The notes beneath the pieces are model-generated. The model did not search any database. It had not been told where the DNA came from and was given only the letters and a program-made list of their open reading frames with translations. Below, piece by piece: positions 1 to 11,800 of a stretch of DNA of 64,000 nt (its first letter is position 1; every line of letters begins with the position of its first letter). The stretch covers positions 25,307,783 through 25,371,782 of the forward strand of contig CM119267.1 of the NCBI GenBank assembly GCA_051294375.1, in the 5' to 3' direction. Both the position numbers and the translations under genes were made by a program. This stretch comes from Paraspadella gotoi. Lineage: Eukaryota > Animalia > Chaetognatha.

Positions 1-3000
1 CGACGATCCTGAGAACGACGAAGCTCTCCGGCGATGGGAACGCGATCAAATCAAGAAAGGATTCACCGGCGCCGGCGGAAGTGGCGCTGCTTCCGTAACC
101 GGCGCCAACGGTGCCAGTGGCGCTGCTTCTCCGACTCCAATGGAGTCGTTGGTCGGCACTTATTACGGATGTACGTCGGACGCGGTCAACTCGGCCGTCG
201 CCGCCGCCGCCGCCGCCTCCCTAGTCTCTGGTTCCGCCTCTTCCTCTTCAAACGGCCCCTCCGGCGCGGCGGGCAATCGTTACGCCGCCGCTGCGATGGC
301 CGCCGCCGCCGCCTCGGCCGCCATGCCAGACTCGATATTAGATATTAAAAAGCGACTTCGATCCCGACTGGACGGGTTCGAATCCGTTGCCCGCGGTCAC
401 CGTCAAGAACTCGATTCTCTTGAAGACTCGCTCGCTCTCACCGAGCATTCTATCCGCACTCACGACTCAGACGTGAGGCGTCTCGAAAAAAAGTATACCT
501 TCTTCCAGGAGACTCGTTGCTACGCGACGGATCTCGTCGATTGCCTCGACGACAAGTTGCCGAAGATCGAGGCGTTGGAGGCGTCTGCCCACGCGCTCTG
601 GCGAAAAAGGGCGGAAAGATTACAGAATCGATATCAGGTGGATTTTTGTTTTTCAGAAATTATTCGCTAAGAATTTAAAAGCTGATAACAAATATAACTT
701 AACTAATATTACGATTTTGTTATTTCGAGGCGGACGTGCGAGACGCGGCCGCCAGATTCGCAACCTCCAATCCATCGAAGACTCTCGACGCCGAGACGAA
801 GAGACGGCTCGTGGATCGGGAGTGTCGACGCGCGCGACGGCGCCAGGCACGGGCGGCTACGTCGGCTTCTCGCCATGAGGAGGGCCTCTCCACCGACGAC
901 GAGGAGGCCCCTTCGGACATCCAGACATTCAGGGACGAACGCCTTCGTCTACATCAGTCGGCCGCCGAAATTTGGGACGACGTCGTCGACGATTTCCATC
1001 GATTCGATCTCGTCCTCAAGCGCTTCGAAGAATGGAAGCGGCTGCACGGCGATTCTTATCAGAACGCTTTCGTTGCCTTTTGTCTTCCGGGACTTCTAGC
1101 GCCTTTTGTGCGGATGGCCTTGATCGGCTGGTCCCCCTTTCCCGTCTCCTTAGACGACGGGGGCGGTTTCGAAGACTCCGAGTGGTTCCAAAAGGTGTTA
1201 ATGTACAACGCTGCCGGCGCCCGCCTTGCCGACTCCCTCTCTAACGGTCGCGCCTTCTCACCGCACCTCAATGGCGAAGCCAGCGACGACGACATCGACG
1301 ATGACGGAGGCGTCAACGTCGACAAAGACGTCGACGGAGATGAAGACTTTAAAATTATTCCTCGTCTGGTGGAGAAAGTGATCGTCCCGAAGTTGGCGTT
1401 TTTCGTTGAGGACGTCTGGAATCCCTTGTCCTCGGTGCAGACTAGAAGACTCTCCAAGCTCTTGCAACGGCTCGTCGATGAATATCCTTCCGTCCACATG
1501 GATTCTAAGAACGTTCAGGTAATGGTGGTGACTATTCTAATTAGCGAGTGCGTATTTAGTGTCAAAATTAATGTTTAAGTATTAATCATGTTGAGCGAAA
1601 TGGCCTCGAGACGATTCTCAGTTATTCTGTTTTAACTCAGGCGATGGTAAAGGCGGTTGTGGCGCGGCTTAAGCGGTGTCTTAACGAAGACGTCTACGTG
1701 CCTCTCTACTCAAAAGAGCTTTTGACCGACAAAACCTCAGAGGCTGCTGCCTTTTTTGACCGACAGCTCTGGACCTGCATCAAACTCTTTGGCCATATCT
1801 TCCAGTTTTCACAGTTTTTGGGTTTGGCTCAGTTGCAGGTTCGTACGACAAAAGATTTAATACTAAACCAGTGGCTCCGCCAATACATGTAAATCGTTTT
1901 CAAGGGCTTAAACTGAACTGTTACTGCGCTATTAATAACATTTTGGTACTTAAAATATATTTTGTAAATCAAGATTTTTTTTTTTTTTGCTTACGTCATT
2001 TTTTTAAACTTGAATCAACTTGCATCATTTATCAACTCGTTTCTTTTTTCAATTTGAATCATTTTAATTTGTTTTGTATCAATTTTTTAAATTTAATTAC
2101 AGAAGGCTTCATATTATAAAATAAGGTACCCCTTTTTGTTGACCATATTAATTAATTAATTAATATTAATTAATTAATTCAAATTAATTATGTAATTAAT
2201 TAATTAATTTGATCCAAAATGTTTGTTTTGATTAATTGACTTATTAACTAATTATTTATTAATTAACTAATTGATTAATTAACTAATTAATTATTTGATT
2301 AATTAATATATCTTGCATTTACATTTAATATAAAAAGAAAAATCTTAAAAGCATAAGGATCTCGCCAAGGAATAGTATCAAGAAAATTAATGAAAAAGTA
2401 CTATAATCTAATTTGCATATTGCAGTAAATCATAATGAAGTGGAAATTCAAACAAAAAATACTTGAATCGATATGATAGTTCTATTTGTATTCACATAGG
2501 GATTGTTCATACCAAATTTTAATATATTTGGTCCAGTAGTGTTCTCGGAACGAGTTCTGGTCACAAAAAGGGGTACTATGGCAACAGCCGGGTTGCCTGT
2601 GATGCCCATTGGGATGGGGCATCTCACTGTTGGCTTTGGGGGCTTCCGACCCTCAGTGACGACTCCAGTCTCTGGCGCGGTTACCCTAGGACGGTCTCGC
2701 TTTGCCAACTCAGAGGGAAGTCGTTAGGACTGTGGATGGAACACTACGCCTGGGATGGTGTGTTCCCCCTCTGAGCCCATGGATTTGGCTGAACGATGGT
2801 GGATATGAGGCGGTGTGAATTTACCGCCACAGTACCTCATTTTATAATATGAAGACTTCTGTATTTTCTCAATTTGCATGATTTTTTTGGAAAAAAAAAG
2901 AATTATACAATTTCGGGGTGTAAAGCGATTTTCAATGATACATTGATAAAATATGATACAAAATTATTTTCGTTTTTCTTTATTCTCCTACGCCCCTTTT

Positions 3001-3381
3001 TCATTCCAGGATCTGGCCTTCGCTTCTCTCCTCAATCGCTACGTCGTCATCGGCCTCTCATCCTTGCCGATGAACGCCGAGACTCTGAACAAATGCCGCG
3101 CCCTTGTCGACCGGGTGCCCGAGCGATGGATCAAGCGCATTACCCAATTGGCTCACGATTCACCGAACGCGGACCGGGCGGCGCCTGTTCCCGCTTTGGA
3201 GACGTTCGCCAGGCACGTCTCCACCGCCTGTCAGTCCTTGGGCGCGGAGAAGCGCGATAAAGGAGAGACGGCCTTTCGAGAAGCCCGAGAGATCATCAAA
3301 CAGGGCGCCTGCATCCTTCGCGACGTTTACGCCTACGGTTACGCCAAGTCGCTGGCCGAGACTTTCTCTTTTAAAATTTAA
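1..3381 (+). CDS. PAXBP1: PAX3/PAX7-binding protein 1 / GC-rich sequence DNA-binding factor (GCFC domain), 5'-partial; exons <1-637, 730-1518, 1641-1838, 3010-3381
   Basis: Spliced translation gives RRWERDQIKKG, YTFFQETRCYATDLVDCLDDKLPKIEALE, EEGLSTDDE, IWDDVVDDF...FEEWK...SYQNAFVAFCLPGLLAPFVR and LVEKVIVPKL...WNPLSSVQT, characteristic of PAXBP1/GCFC2. GT..AG introns keep the frame. Confidence 0.9.
2577..2831 (-). mobile_element. Solo LTR (family E3, 255 bp) carrying a twister ribozyme
   Basis: Termini TGTGG...CCATA on the minus strand; 4-bp TSD GTAC at 2573-2576 and 2832-2835. The same sequence forms both LTRs of the element at 51043-52014. Confidence 0.8.
2629..2709 (-). ncRNA. Twister ribozyme, type P5 permutation (family E3)
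   Basis: GUUGGC aaa GCGA GA CCG UCCUAGGG U^AA CCGC GC CAGAGAC..GUCACUG AGGG UCGG AA GC CCCC aaa GCCAAC: P5, P2, T1 (CCG/CGG), T2 (GC/GC), P3, P4 and the conserved UAA, GA and AAGC are all present. Confidence 0.8.
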
Positions 3382-3626
3382 CGAAAGGGAGAGAGGTTTT
3401 TATCAGACTTGGCACATTTCTCCTTTTATTTTTTCTTCTTAAAATTGATTATTTTTTTTTTGTTTTGTTTTTTGTTTAGTTTTTTTAACATTCCTTCCAG
3501 CGCTTGTTATAATTTTTAAAACATGCGTTTTCACGGTGCAGTCTGGAACGAAAATTTTACTTATATAATATACGAAAACTGATGAGTGATAACGGGAAAT
3601 ATTAAAAAGATTAAGCCCTATAAAGA

Positions 3627-4256
3627 ATGATGGCGACCGGTTCGCTTTCGGAAACCATTCTCACGCCCGCCGCTGTCGGCTCCAAAGAGTCGGAAGCTGC
3701 GGACGAGTCGGCCGTAGACGCCGCTGAAGTTCTCTGCGACGCAGCAGCGGCCGCGTCTTTGGCTGGCCTCTCTATCAACGAGTCTCGAGATAAAGAGGCG
3801 CTGGCGCAGGGACTCTTTCATCTCTTTCGCCCCGCGGTTGATGAGGTCGATTCCCGGGTCAAGGCAGTCAGGCAAAGTCAGGTCGGGAACGAGATTGCAG
3901 AATTGATCCAGTTTCATGATGAATGAGGTTTTAAAATAATTATTTCCACTGAAGCTGGAGCTTCGCGCTCACATAGACAACCTGGCCGAGGACCTTAGAC
4001 GGATCTCCGACTCCCGATTCGTACCCATCGATCTCGACGCTCACGTCAAGAAGCTCGTCAACGTGCGCCGTCGCGTCGTCGTCGTTAGCAACTTGCTGCA
4101 GACGGTTCAGGTGTGGACGCTGGACGGATGACTCTTGTCATTGCTTAAGTAAAACATCGATTTTAAGATCATTACAGAAGGCTTCATATTGTAAAATGTA
4201 GTACGCCTTTTTTGTGACCACATTTTATAATATGAAGCCTTCTGTATGTGTTTATC

Positions 4257-4313
<57 letters not shown>

Positions 4314-4524
4314 TCAGGAACGCGTGAACAAAGTCAATTATTACGTGAATCGGGAAAAGACGAGGAGGAACAGGATGGTGGAGGAGACGACGACGAGGAT
4401 CATTCAGGGAGAGAAGGAGGAAGAGGGAGCCAGGGGAGGAGAGAGAGGGAGGAGGAGGAGGAGCGAAATGGACGAAAAAATCGACAAAGAAATCGAGGAA
4501 AAAAAGTCAACGCAAAACTCGTGA
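3627..4524 (+). CDS. SNAPIN: SNAPIN (BLOC-1/BORC subunit); exons 3627-3881, 3955-4110, 4318-4524
   Basis: LAQGLFHLFRPAVDEVDSRVKAVRQSQ|LELRAHIDNLAEDLRRI...PIDLDAHVKKLVNVRRRVVVVSNLLQTVQ|ERVNKV is the Snapin coiled-coil signature. Both introns are phase-0 GT-AG. Confidence 0.9.
4173..4246. mobile_element. Minimal (74 bp) copy of the tacagaaggcttc MITE
   Basis: Both TIRs with only a short spacer, in SNAPIN intron 2. Confidence 0.65.
4259..4313 (+). repeat. (AAT)n microsatellite
   Basis: Perfect AAT run immediately before the SNAPIN exon 3 acceptor. Confidence 0.95.
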
Positions 4525-5054
4525 CAAATTCAGTCACTTAAACCTTGACGCCCTTCATCCGCTTTCCTTTTCAAAATCCCCCGTTCGACTTTTTATTATA
4601 CACAACGATTGATTTCTGGTGCGGAATTGAATTGACTTTTTCTGTCTCTCTCTGTTTTCCTTTCGATTTATCTCGATTTCTCTCTCTCTCTCTCTCGCTT
4701 GTCATTTGGTGTTTTAATACAAAGATCCTCGCTGGTCATTCGATCTTCAATTCCTCCTGAAATAATGTTCTTTGATTTTTTTTCAATGATTATTCACGTT
4801 CGTTTGTTTTTTGTTTTGAATTTTTTCTTTTGACAGGCTCTCGCTTCTCCCGACGAAGAGCTCGACGTTAAGCGGCAACAGCTGCGCCTTATTGTCGAAC
4901 TCTAGGTTAGGAGAGAAAAAAAGAGAGAGGGAGCGAGTGTTTTGACTGTTTTCATGCAGGGGAGAAAAGATCTGTTCTGTAAATTAAAAAAAGTCGTAAC
5001 TAATTTCGTCGTCAACAAAACAAAAGAGAATCGCGAAGACGAAAAAAAAAAGAA

Positions 5055-5603
5055 ATGCCGTCGAACGAAACGAATCCGAAAGGAGGAACGAACGATTCCC
5101 TCTCGATCGATCCCGGCGCCGCGGATCCCGGCGTCGTGGTCGGCGCCGCGATCGGCGCCTTCGTCGTCATCGTCCTCCTCATCCTCGTCATCGTCGTCCT
5201 CGTCGCTTACTTTGTTTTTCCTCATCGACTCGTCAAGTGGCTCCAGCGGTTGCACCTCAGGATATCGGGGCTGAAGAGAAAGTCGATCATCTCATCCAAG
5301 GACGGGTTAGAGAGAGAGTGTAGAAAATATTTTTGTATTTTCTATGCCCGTGGTGTCAAAACGTCGTCGTAACGCCCGTCGAATTGTTTCAACATGAGTA
5401 TTGTCGAAGAATTTGGAAGAAAAAGTCGTATTTAATATTTAGACTTTATTTCATTAAAAAAAAAAAAAATCCACCGGAAAACTCGTAAAAACGATATCTC
5501 TCTTGGAATATGGGTTTTACCTAAATGACCAAGAAAAATATTGGCCCATTTGAAAGCTGGCCTAGGAAAAGTTAAGAGAGACAGTGGCGAGGCGTAACAT
5601 CTT

Positions 5604-5687
<84 letters not shown>

Positions 5688-7789
5688 AATTTCCGCCTAC
5701 TTTAATCTTCAGATTTGAATTTCACTACGCTGAGCGCGGATCTCCGTCTCCCTCCGACGACGAACCCTCTCTTCTTCTCATCCACGGATTCTCGGATGAC
5801 CTCAACTCGTGGGCTGCAGTCGTCCGTCAGATCCCGGAGTCCGTTCACTGCGTCGCCCTGGATTTGCCCGGACACGGAAAGTCTCGAGTCAGTTTCGAGT
5901 TACTTTTTTTTTCCAAGAAATTATAAAAGATCACCAAGTCAATTTGGCCCTGAAAATGATATGTCCATTACATTATAAGAAAAAAAAATTGTACTTGTAC
6001 TGCCATGTGTGATCTTTTATAAATCTTCAACTCTTAAAGTAAAGTTTATTTGATTTAAGACGGCCGATAAAAACTAACATCCTTACAAATAGCTCCACAT
6101 TGTGGAGTCCACAATTATATATATCGCATTGAAAAATGCTGCTTTCAGAAACTCTGATTTCTGACTTTCGACTAAAATGTTAAATATATAAATAAACAAG
6201 TTTGAGCAAACAAAGTCGCATCTGCCCACGATCATTATCGGTATTTAATTAATTAATTAATAATTAATTTAAGTTAATTAATAATTAATTTATTCAAGTT
6301 AATTATTTAATTAGGCAATTAATTTATTAATTTGATCCGAATGTTTGTTTTGATTGATTAATTGACTGATTATTAATTATTGATTAATTAATTGATTAAT
6401 TAACTGATTAATTATTTGATTAATTAATACATCTTGCATTTACATTTAAAGAAAAAGATACATAATCAATTAGTGAAACAGGTTTTTTGTTTTTTCATTT
6501 AAACTCATTTCCACTCAAACGATTCCATCAAAACTTGTTTTCCAGTTTAATCACATACTTTTCTACCCAAATAAAAAATTTCAAGTCAATCGCCCCATCC
6601 ACTCATGAGTAATTGGTGTTCAAATAGTGAAATATATTTTTTTGTTTTTTCCATTTAAACTCATTTCCACTCGGACGATTCCATTGAAACTTCATATCCA
6701 GCTCAATCACACACTTCCCTACCCACACACAAAATTTCATTCCAATCCATCCATCCAATCACGAGTAATTGGTGTTTTTTGCTAAGGTGGGACGGATGGA
6801 AGTTTTTTTTGCATAATTTATCATAATTCGATGTTCTGACATGATATAAATAAATGCCTGACAAGATTGAGGGGGCGGACCGACGAACCGACAAAGTGTA
6901 TTATAGAGTCGGGATCTGCTGAAAGCAGATCCGACTAATAAATCTATCGACAAACTTAAAAGTAATGTAGAAGAAAATTACATTTGTTTCCTTTGATCTC
7001 CAAAGGTCCACGAACGCGACGACCTGAGTTTCTCTGGTTTCACTAGAAAACTCCACGAGTTCGTCGTCGCCGTCGGCCTCGAAAAAGTCCCAGGCGGCAT
7101 TCATGTCATCGGCCAATCTCTCGGCGGCGCCATCGCCGGAAATTACGGCGCTACTTACGGTCGTCAGGACGGCGTCGAGCTGGTTACTCTGGCCGGACCC
7201 GCCATGAAGACTCCCAAGAACAGGTGCCGCCACGAAAATTCTCTTTGATTAATGACTTGATCTGACGGAACGCTCTCTTGCATCGAACAGCGAATTCTGG
7301 GAGGCGTTGCAAAATGGCGAGTTCGAGCAATGGATGTTGCCCGACACTCCGGAGGGAACGCACCTCATGCTCTCCCGTTCCTCCAACGTCGACGAGAAGA
7401 AGCTGAGACGCGCCCATCAACTCGTCAAGGGAGTGACCACTCTTCGCGTCCCCCGCAACGACGATTACCGTCGCGTCTGGACGGCGTTGGAGCCGGAGAT
7501 AAAGAATGCCGAGACCATCGTAGCCGGATGGGCGGGATTCGAAAGACCCACTCAAATCGTCTGGGGCACCGCCGACCGCATCATCGACATTTCCGGGTCG
7601 GAGGTGCTGGTCAAGGTGCTGCCCGACGCCCGTGTCGACACCCTCGCCGGAGCCGGGCACAATCTCAACATGGACGCGCCGGGAGACTTTGCCCGACTCC
7701 TTCTAGAATTTAGGGAGGACAAGAAGAAAGGGCTCAGCGGTCGGGCGGCCAGGGATCACTTGGATACCGACGCCGATTCTAACGTTTAA
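5055..7789 (+). CDS. ABHD6: ABHD6-like alpha/beta hydrolase (monoacylglycerol lipase); exons 5055-5305, 5713-5887, 7006-7223, 7291-7789
   Basis: N-terminal TM helix; LLLIHGFSDD, ALDLPGHGKS, nucleophile motif IGQSLGG, and QIVWGTADRII / AGHNLNMD supplying the acid and His of the triad. Confidence 0.8.
5606..5685 (+). repeat. (GA)n microsatellite
   Basis: Perfect GA run in ABHD6 intron 1. Confidence 0.95.
6195..6938 (-). mobile_element. DINE-1/HINE-like non-autonomous Helentron element
   Basis: Subterminal inverted repeats gtcggatctgc/gcagatccgac, 5' IR gtcggatctgctttcagcagatcccgac, gtcc microsatellite, 3' hairpin acattgtttgctcaaacttgt and T-rich flanks; five or more copies in the window. Confidence 0.65.
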
Positions 7790-8880
7790 AGCAAAGGTGG
7801 GGGTGACTGACGTGACCCTGGCTGCCTCGTCTTTCATTTCGGTATATTGATCGTTGCCATGGTTTTCAAATGGATTTTAATTTGTCAGTACTTGGACTCG
7901 TTTCTGACGAATTCGATTGCCTTCGTGAACATCTTGCGTGATCTCATAATGGATGTTATGCCTTTGTTTGGGCCCTGCCTTCTCTCACCCATCAAAAATA
8001 ATCTTGTTTTCATTGTTGGTGTTTACGCGTTGGGTGATAGGAAGCACCAATTGTTTATGTAAAGAATATTTTTTTTCTATATAGTATATATTCGTTTATC
8101 ATAATATTAGCGCTTTGTTATCTGGCTACATAATCTTGCTGGTGATAGTATTATGAATTCTTTTTCTTTTTTATTTAAATGGTCTGTAAGGCAGACGCTT
8201 TTTTGTATCTCGCTCAAACTAGTTATCATAGATAGTTTTTGCGTTTTTGTCTTGTCCGGTCGAAATGCGTATTTTAATTGTTTTCGTCTCATGTTCTCAT
8301 AAATAAATCCTGTAAGTGATAAACGGTGGTTTTTTTTCGACCATTTCTGTTATTTAACCGAAAATATAATCGGTTATAGTTTTTATATTTCCAGATTATG
8401 TACATTTTCCATTAGTCATGTTTTATACTTACAAAGTGGCAGTGTTCTTAAGTTTCTAGTGATTAAAGTGAACTCCGACTGTCCTAATAAGGGCAACAAC
8501 AACAACAGTTTTGCAGAGCCTCTCCGTCCTTAAAACAATCATCGATTCACCATGGTGCCTTGCCTTATAACCAGAAATTTTGTTTATTAACGCGTAACGT
8601 AACTTTAAAAAAAAATATTAATAAAAAATAAATAATTCGACAACTCCCGCGCTTAAATGATTTCGCGCTCAAAGGAACAAATTTCTTTAACTTTAACTTT
8701 AACAATCTTAAAAGGGGGAAAAAGAACTCTTTGGGTATAAAAGAGAAGAAAATCCAATCGTCTTTTTTTCTTTCTCATTTCTGATATATTTCTCATCTTT
8801 TTCGACTCCGAAAAAAAAACTACTTTAATCACGAGGTTCACATTTTTCTTCGCTCAATTATCGATAAATTCATTTGCGTC

Positions 8881-11800
8881 ATGACTCAACGAATTTCGTT
8901 AGTCTTCCTCGTTCTCTTTCTGGACTTCTCCCTTACTAAAGCCGTTCTGACATGGACACGTGAACCAGTTGATCAGGAGGTCAAACCGGGCGAAACGGTG
9001 GTGCTCGGTTGTAAGGTGCGCTAAATATTATTTTTAATGTCTGACCTTTACGGATTTTTAGCCGGATTTGCTTATCAGCAGATTCCGGCTCTATAATTCA
9101 CTTTGTCGGTCTGTCGGTCGCCCCCCCTTATCTTGTTGGTAAATCACTTATATCATCTCAGAACATCGAATTATGATAAATTATGCAAAAAAATTGTTTG
9201 GGGGCAAACCTTGCGGACCCCCTAATGGGTCGATGGGTGGCTGCAGACCAAAGGGGCAGCTTAAGAGTCTCGGCGTTGCTCGTATGCCACTCGACGCGGG
9301 CAGCAGGGCGTCAACAGTTTCAATAGCCCAGAGTCACTACACTGTAATATTGTATATCAAGAGAGAACACAATGGATCAGTAACCACAGTTTAGTGTGCA
9401 CAAACGGATCACTAAGAACACTATAAGTAGTTAAGTACCCAACACCTCTGCTATAAAATATTAATCATCAACTCATGATAGCTGAGGGGAAAAATAGTAA
9501 TGAATCAATTAAATAATTATCAATGACGAAAGAATGAATAATCAATGAATCTTTAATTAAATAAGATTATCAATGAATGAATTAAATCCACAAATGTTTA
9601 TACGGATTTCCACAAAGTTCCAATCGAGATTCCACAAGAGTTTGTTCCTGACAAAATGTCTGTCCGTCTGTAGAGAATATATCTTCTCGCCCGAGGAGAC
9701 TAACGTTCCAAGCGTCGTCCGTCCAAAATGTATCGACAAGAGTTCTAGAAACGCATTTTATTTGGAAAACGCACAAAACACGGTACAGAAATAGTAGAAA
9801 CGAAGTTTCGAACGGACGATTAAAAGTTCATGATTCGTTCCAGAAAACAAATGAAAATTGATCGAGATTCTCGCTAAATGTTGTGACGACCAGAGCAAAA
9901 ATTGATCGTTAAAATCCTTACAATAAGGACGCGTTCATGTGACCGAGATAAAGATATAAAGACGAGGCAAAACGTTCTTCTTTAGCTTTGAACGCATATT
10001 ACTCATGAATGTATGGGGCGATTGTCTTGTAATTTTATATGTGTGTAGAGAAGTGTTATTAAGCAGAAAATCAAGTTTTGATGGAATCATCCGAGTGGAA
10101 ATGTGTTCATTTTTATATTATGCTTTTTTTTCTTTTATCAAATATAAATGCAAGCTGCACTAATTATTTAATTAATAAATTAATTAATAAATTAATCAAT
10201 CAATTAATTTATCAAGCAATTAAGCAATTGATTTATCAGTCAATAAAAGAATTATTTATTTAATTAATCTAAGACCTGAAATAGTGAAACAAGTAATTTT
10301 GAAATTTTCATAATTAATTAGTCATTCAATTAATCGTCGGTGTTATCGTCGTCGTCGTCGCCATCATAGTCGTTGTTTTTGACGTGGTTAGTGAACTGAC
10401 GAAAAAAATATTTTTTATTAATTTTTTAGTTAATTAATGTGTAAATAACTAATGAATTAATATTTTAACTAATTGATTAAATACCTCTTATGATCGTGGG
10501 CAGATCCGACATTGTTTGCTCAAACTTGTTTTTGATAAATATGTACTTTTCGTTTTTATCGCGTAGACTTTGGAAAACTTGACCCATTCGACTTGGATTG
10601 GAATGACGAATAAAGGAGAAGCCAATCAGGTTGCCACGTGGTACAAAGGAAGCCGAGTCTTGGACAATTTCTTTGTGGGTTTCAAAGTTATAAACGACTT
10701 CGATTTACAGATCTCGGTAAAGATTGATTAGAATCAGGGTTGGCATTAAAAAACCCACCCAAAAAAAACCAGCAAAAAAAACCAAAAAAACCTACTAAAA
10801 AGTGGTTTTTTTTGGTTTTTTTTTAAAATTACTGAAATTTTTAATATGAAACATTAAATTGTTGAAGCAAAAATTTAAATCATATAAAATGTATCATTTT
10901 TACAAAGCTTAAAATATAATTTAATGATGAAAAATAACCCTAAACCTATGTTTTACGTGTTTACTATCAGTATCACTTTCGTTGCTGGCTTCTGTACCAT
11001 TTTCCTTATATTAAGTAATCCTAATCGCAAATTATGTTCAGAGCGACTCATTAAAAATGATTGCTATTCTCTCGTAATTATTAAATACAAGGTTAGGGTT
11101 CTTTTAAAGCTATTTATGAGAAAAAATTAAACTTCAATATAATTATATATTTGACTATTTGTCACACGTTAAAGAATTCTCTGAAAAGGTATCCTAACCA
11201 GGAGTAAAGTAACGAGAATGCTGGAAAATAATATATTGACGTCAGGAAAAAATCTTAGCTTAAGTAAACACCTTAATATTTTATTAACTCAAATATTTTA
11301 TCCGAACATCAAAATTTAATTTTAGCCCAAAAGACAAGTTAGTTCGGCAAAAACATGTAATAAAGATGTACTTCGATTTTTAATGTATTAGTAATTTATA
11401 TCAAATTATTTTGATTATTTATTTACTATTTTCTAATAAAATTAAGTTATACACTTTTTTCATAACAGGTTTTATTCAGAAAATATAATATTTTTATTTA
11501 TTACATTTCTGTTTACCATAAAAAATAGTAATTAATTAATACTATTATTAAATATAATCAGTATATTTTTATATATTTTTATCAGTAATCACTTAAGAAG
11601 TATAAATGATGAGCGGTATTTATTGTAGAGAGCACCAACACCTTTGTGGGAGTGATGGTAAGGGGATGCCATAAAGGATTCTCTCACTAAACGTGAACTG
11701 GCACGATGCATCAGTGATGAGCGGTATTTATTGTAGAGAGCTCACCTCGATTCAGCTTGAAACGGTTTGAGTAAGTTCGGTGGTTATTGGAGATCAAATA

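Larger units (their letters stand above)
2098..2863. mobile_element. MITE with TIR tacagaaggcttcatattataaaat (TA ends, Tc1/mariner-like); interrupted by a solo LTR
   Basis: The left TIR at 2098 is matched by attttataatatgaagacttctgta ending 2863. The same TIRs occur at 4173-4246 and 18812-22791. Confidence 0.7.

Noticed and set aside
2503-2727. Recurrent short [15 protein letters not shown]... (also 51044)
   Set aside because: Antisense translation of the E3 LTR; the frame is not conserved between copies.
4248-4541. Poly-Ile ORF
   Set aside because: (AAT)n microsatellite plus an off-frame read of SNAPIN exon 3.
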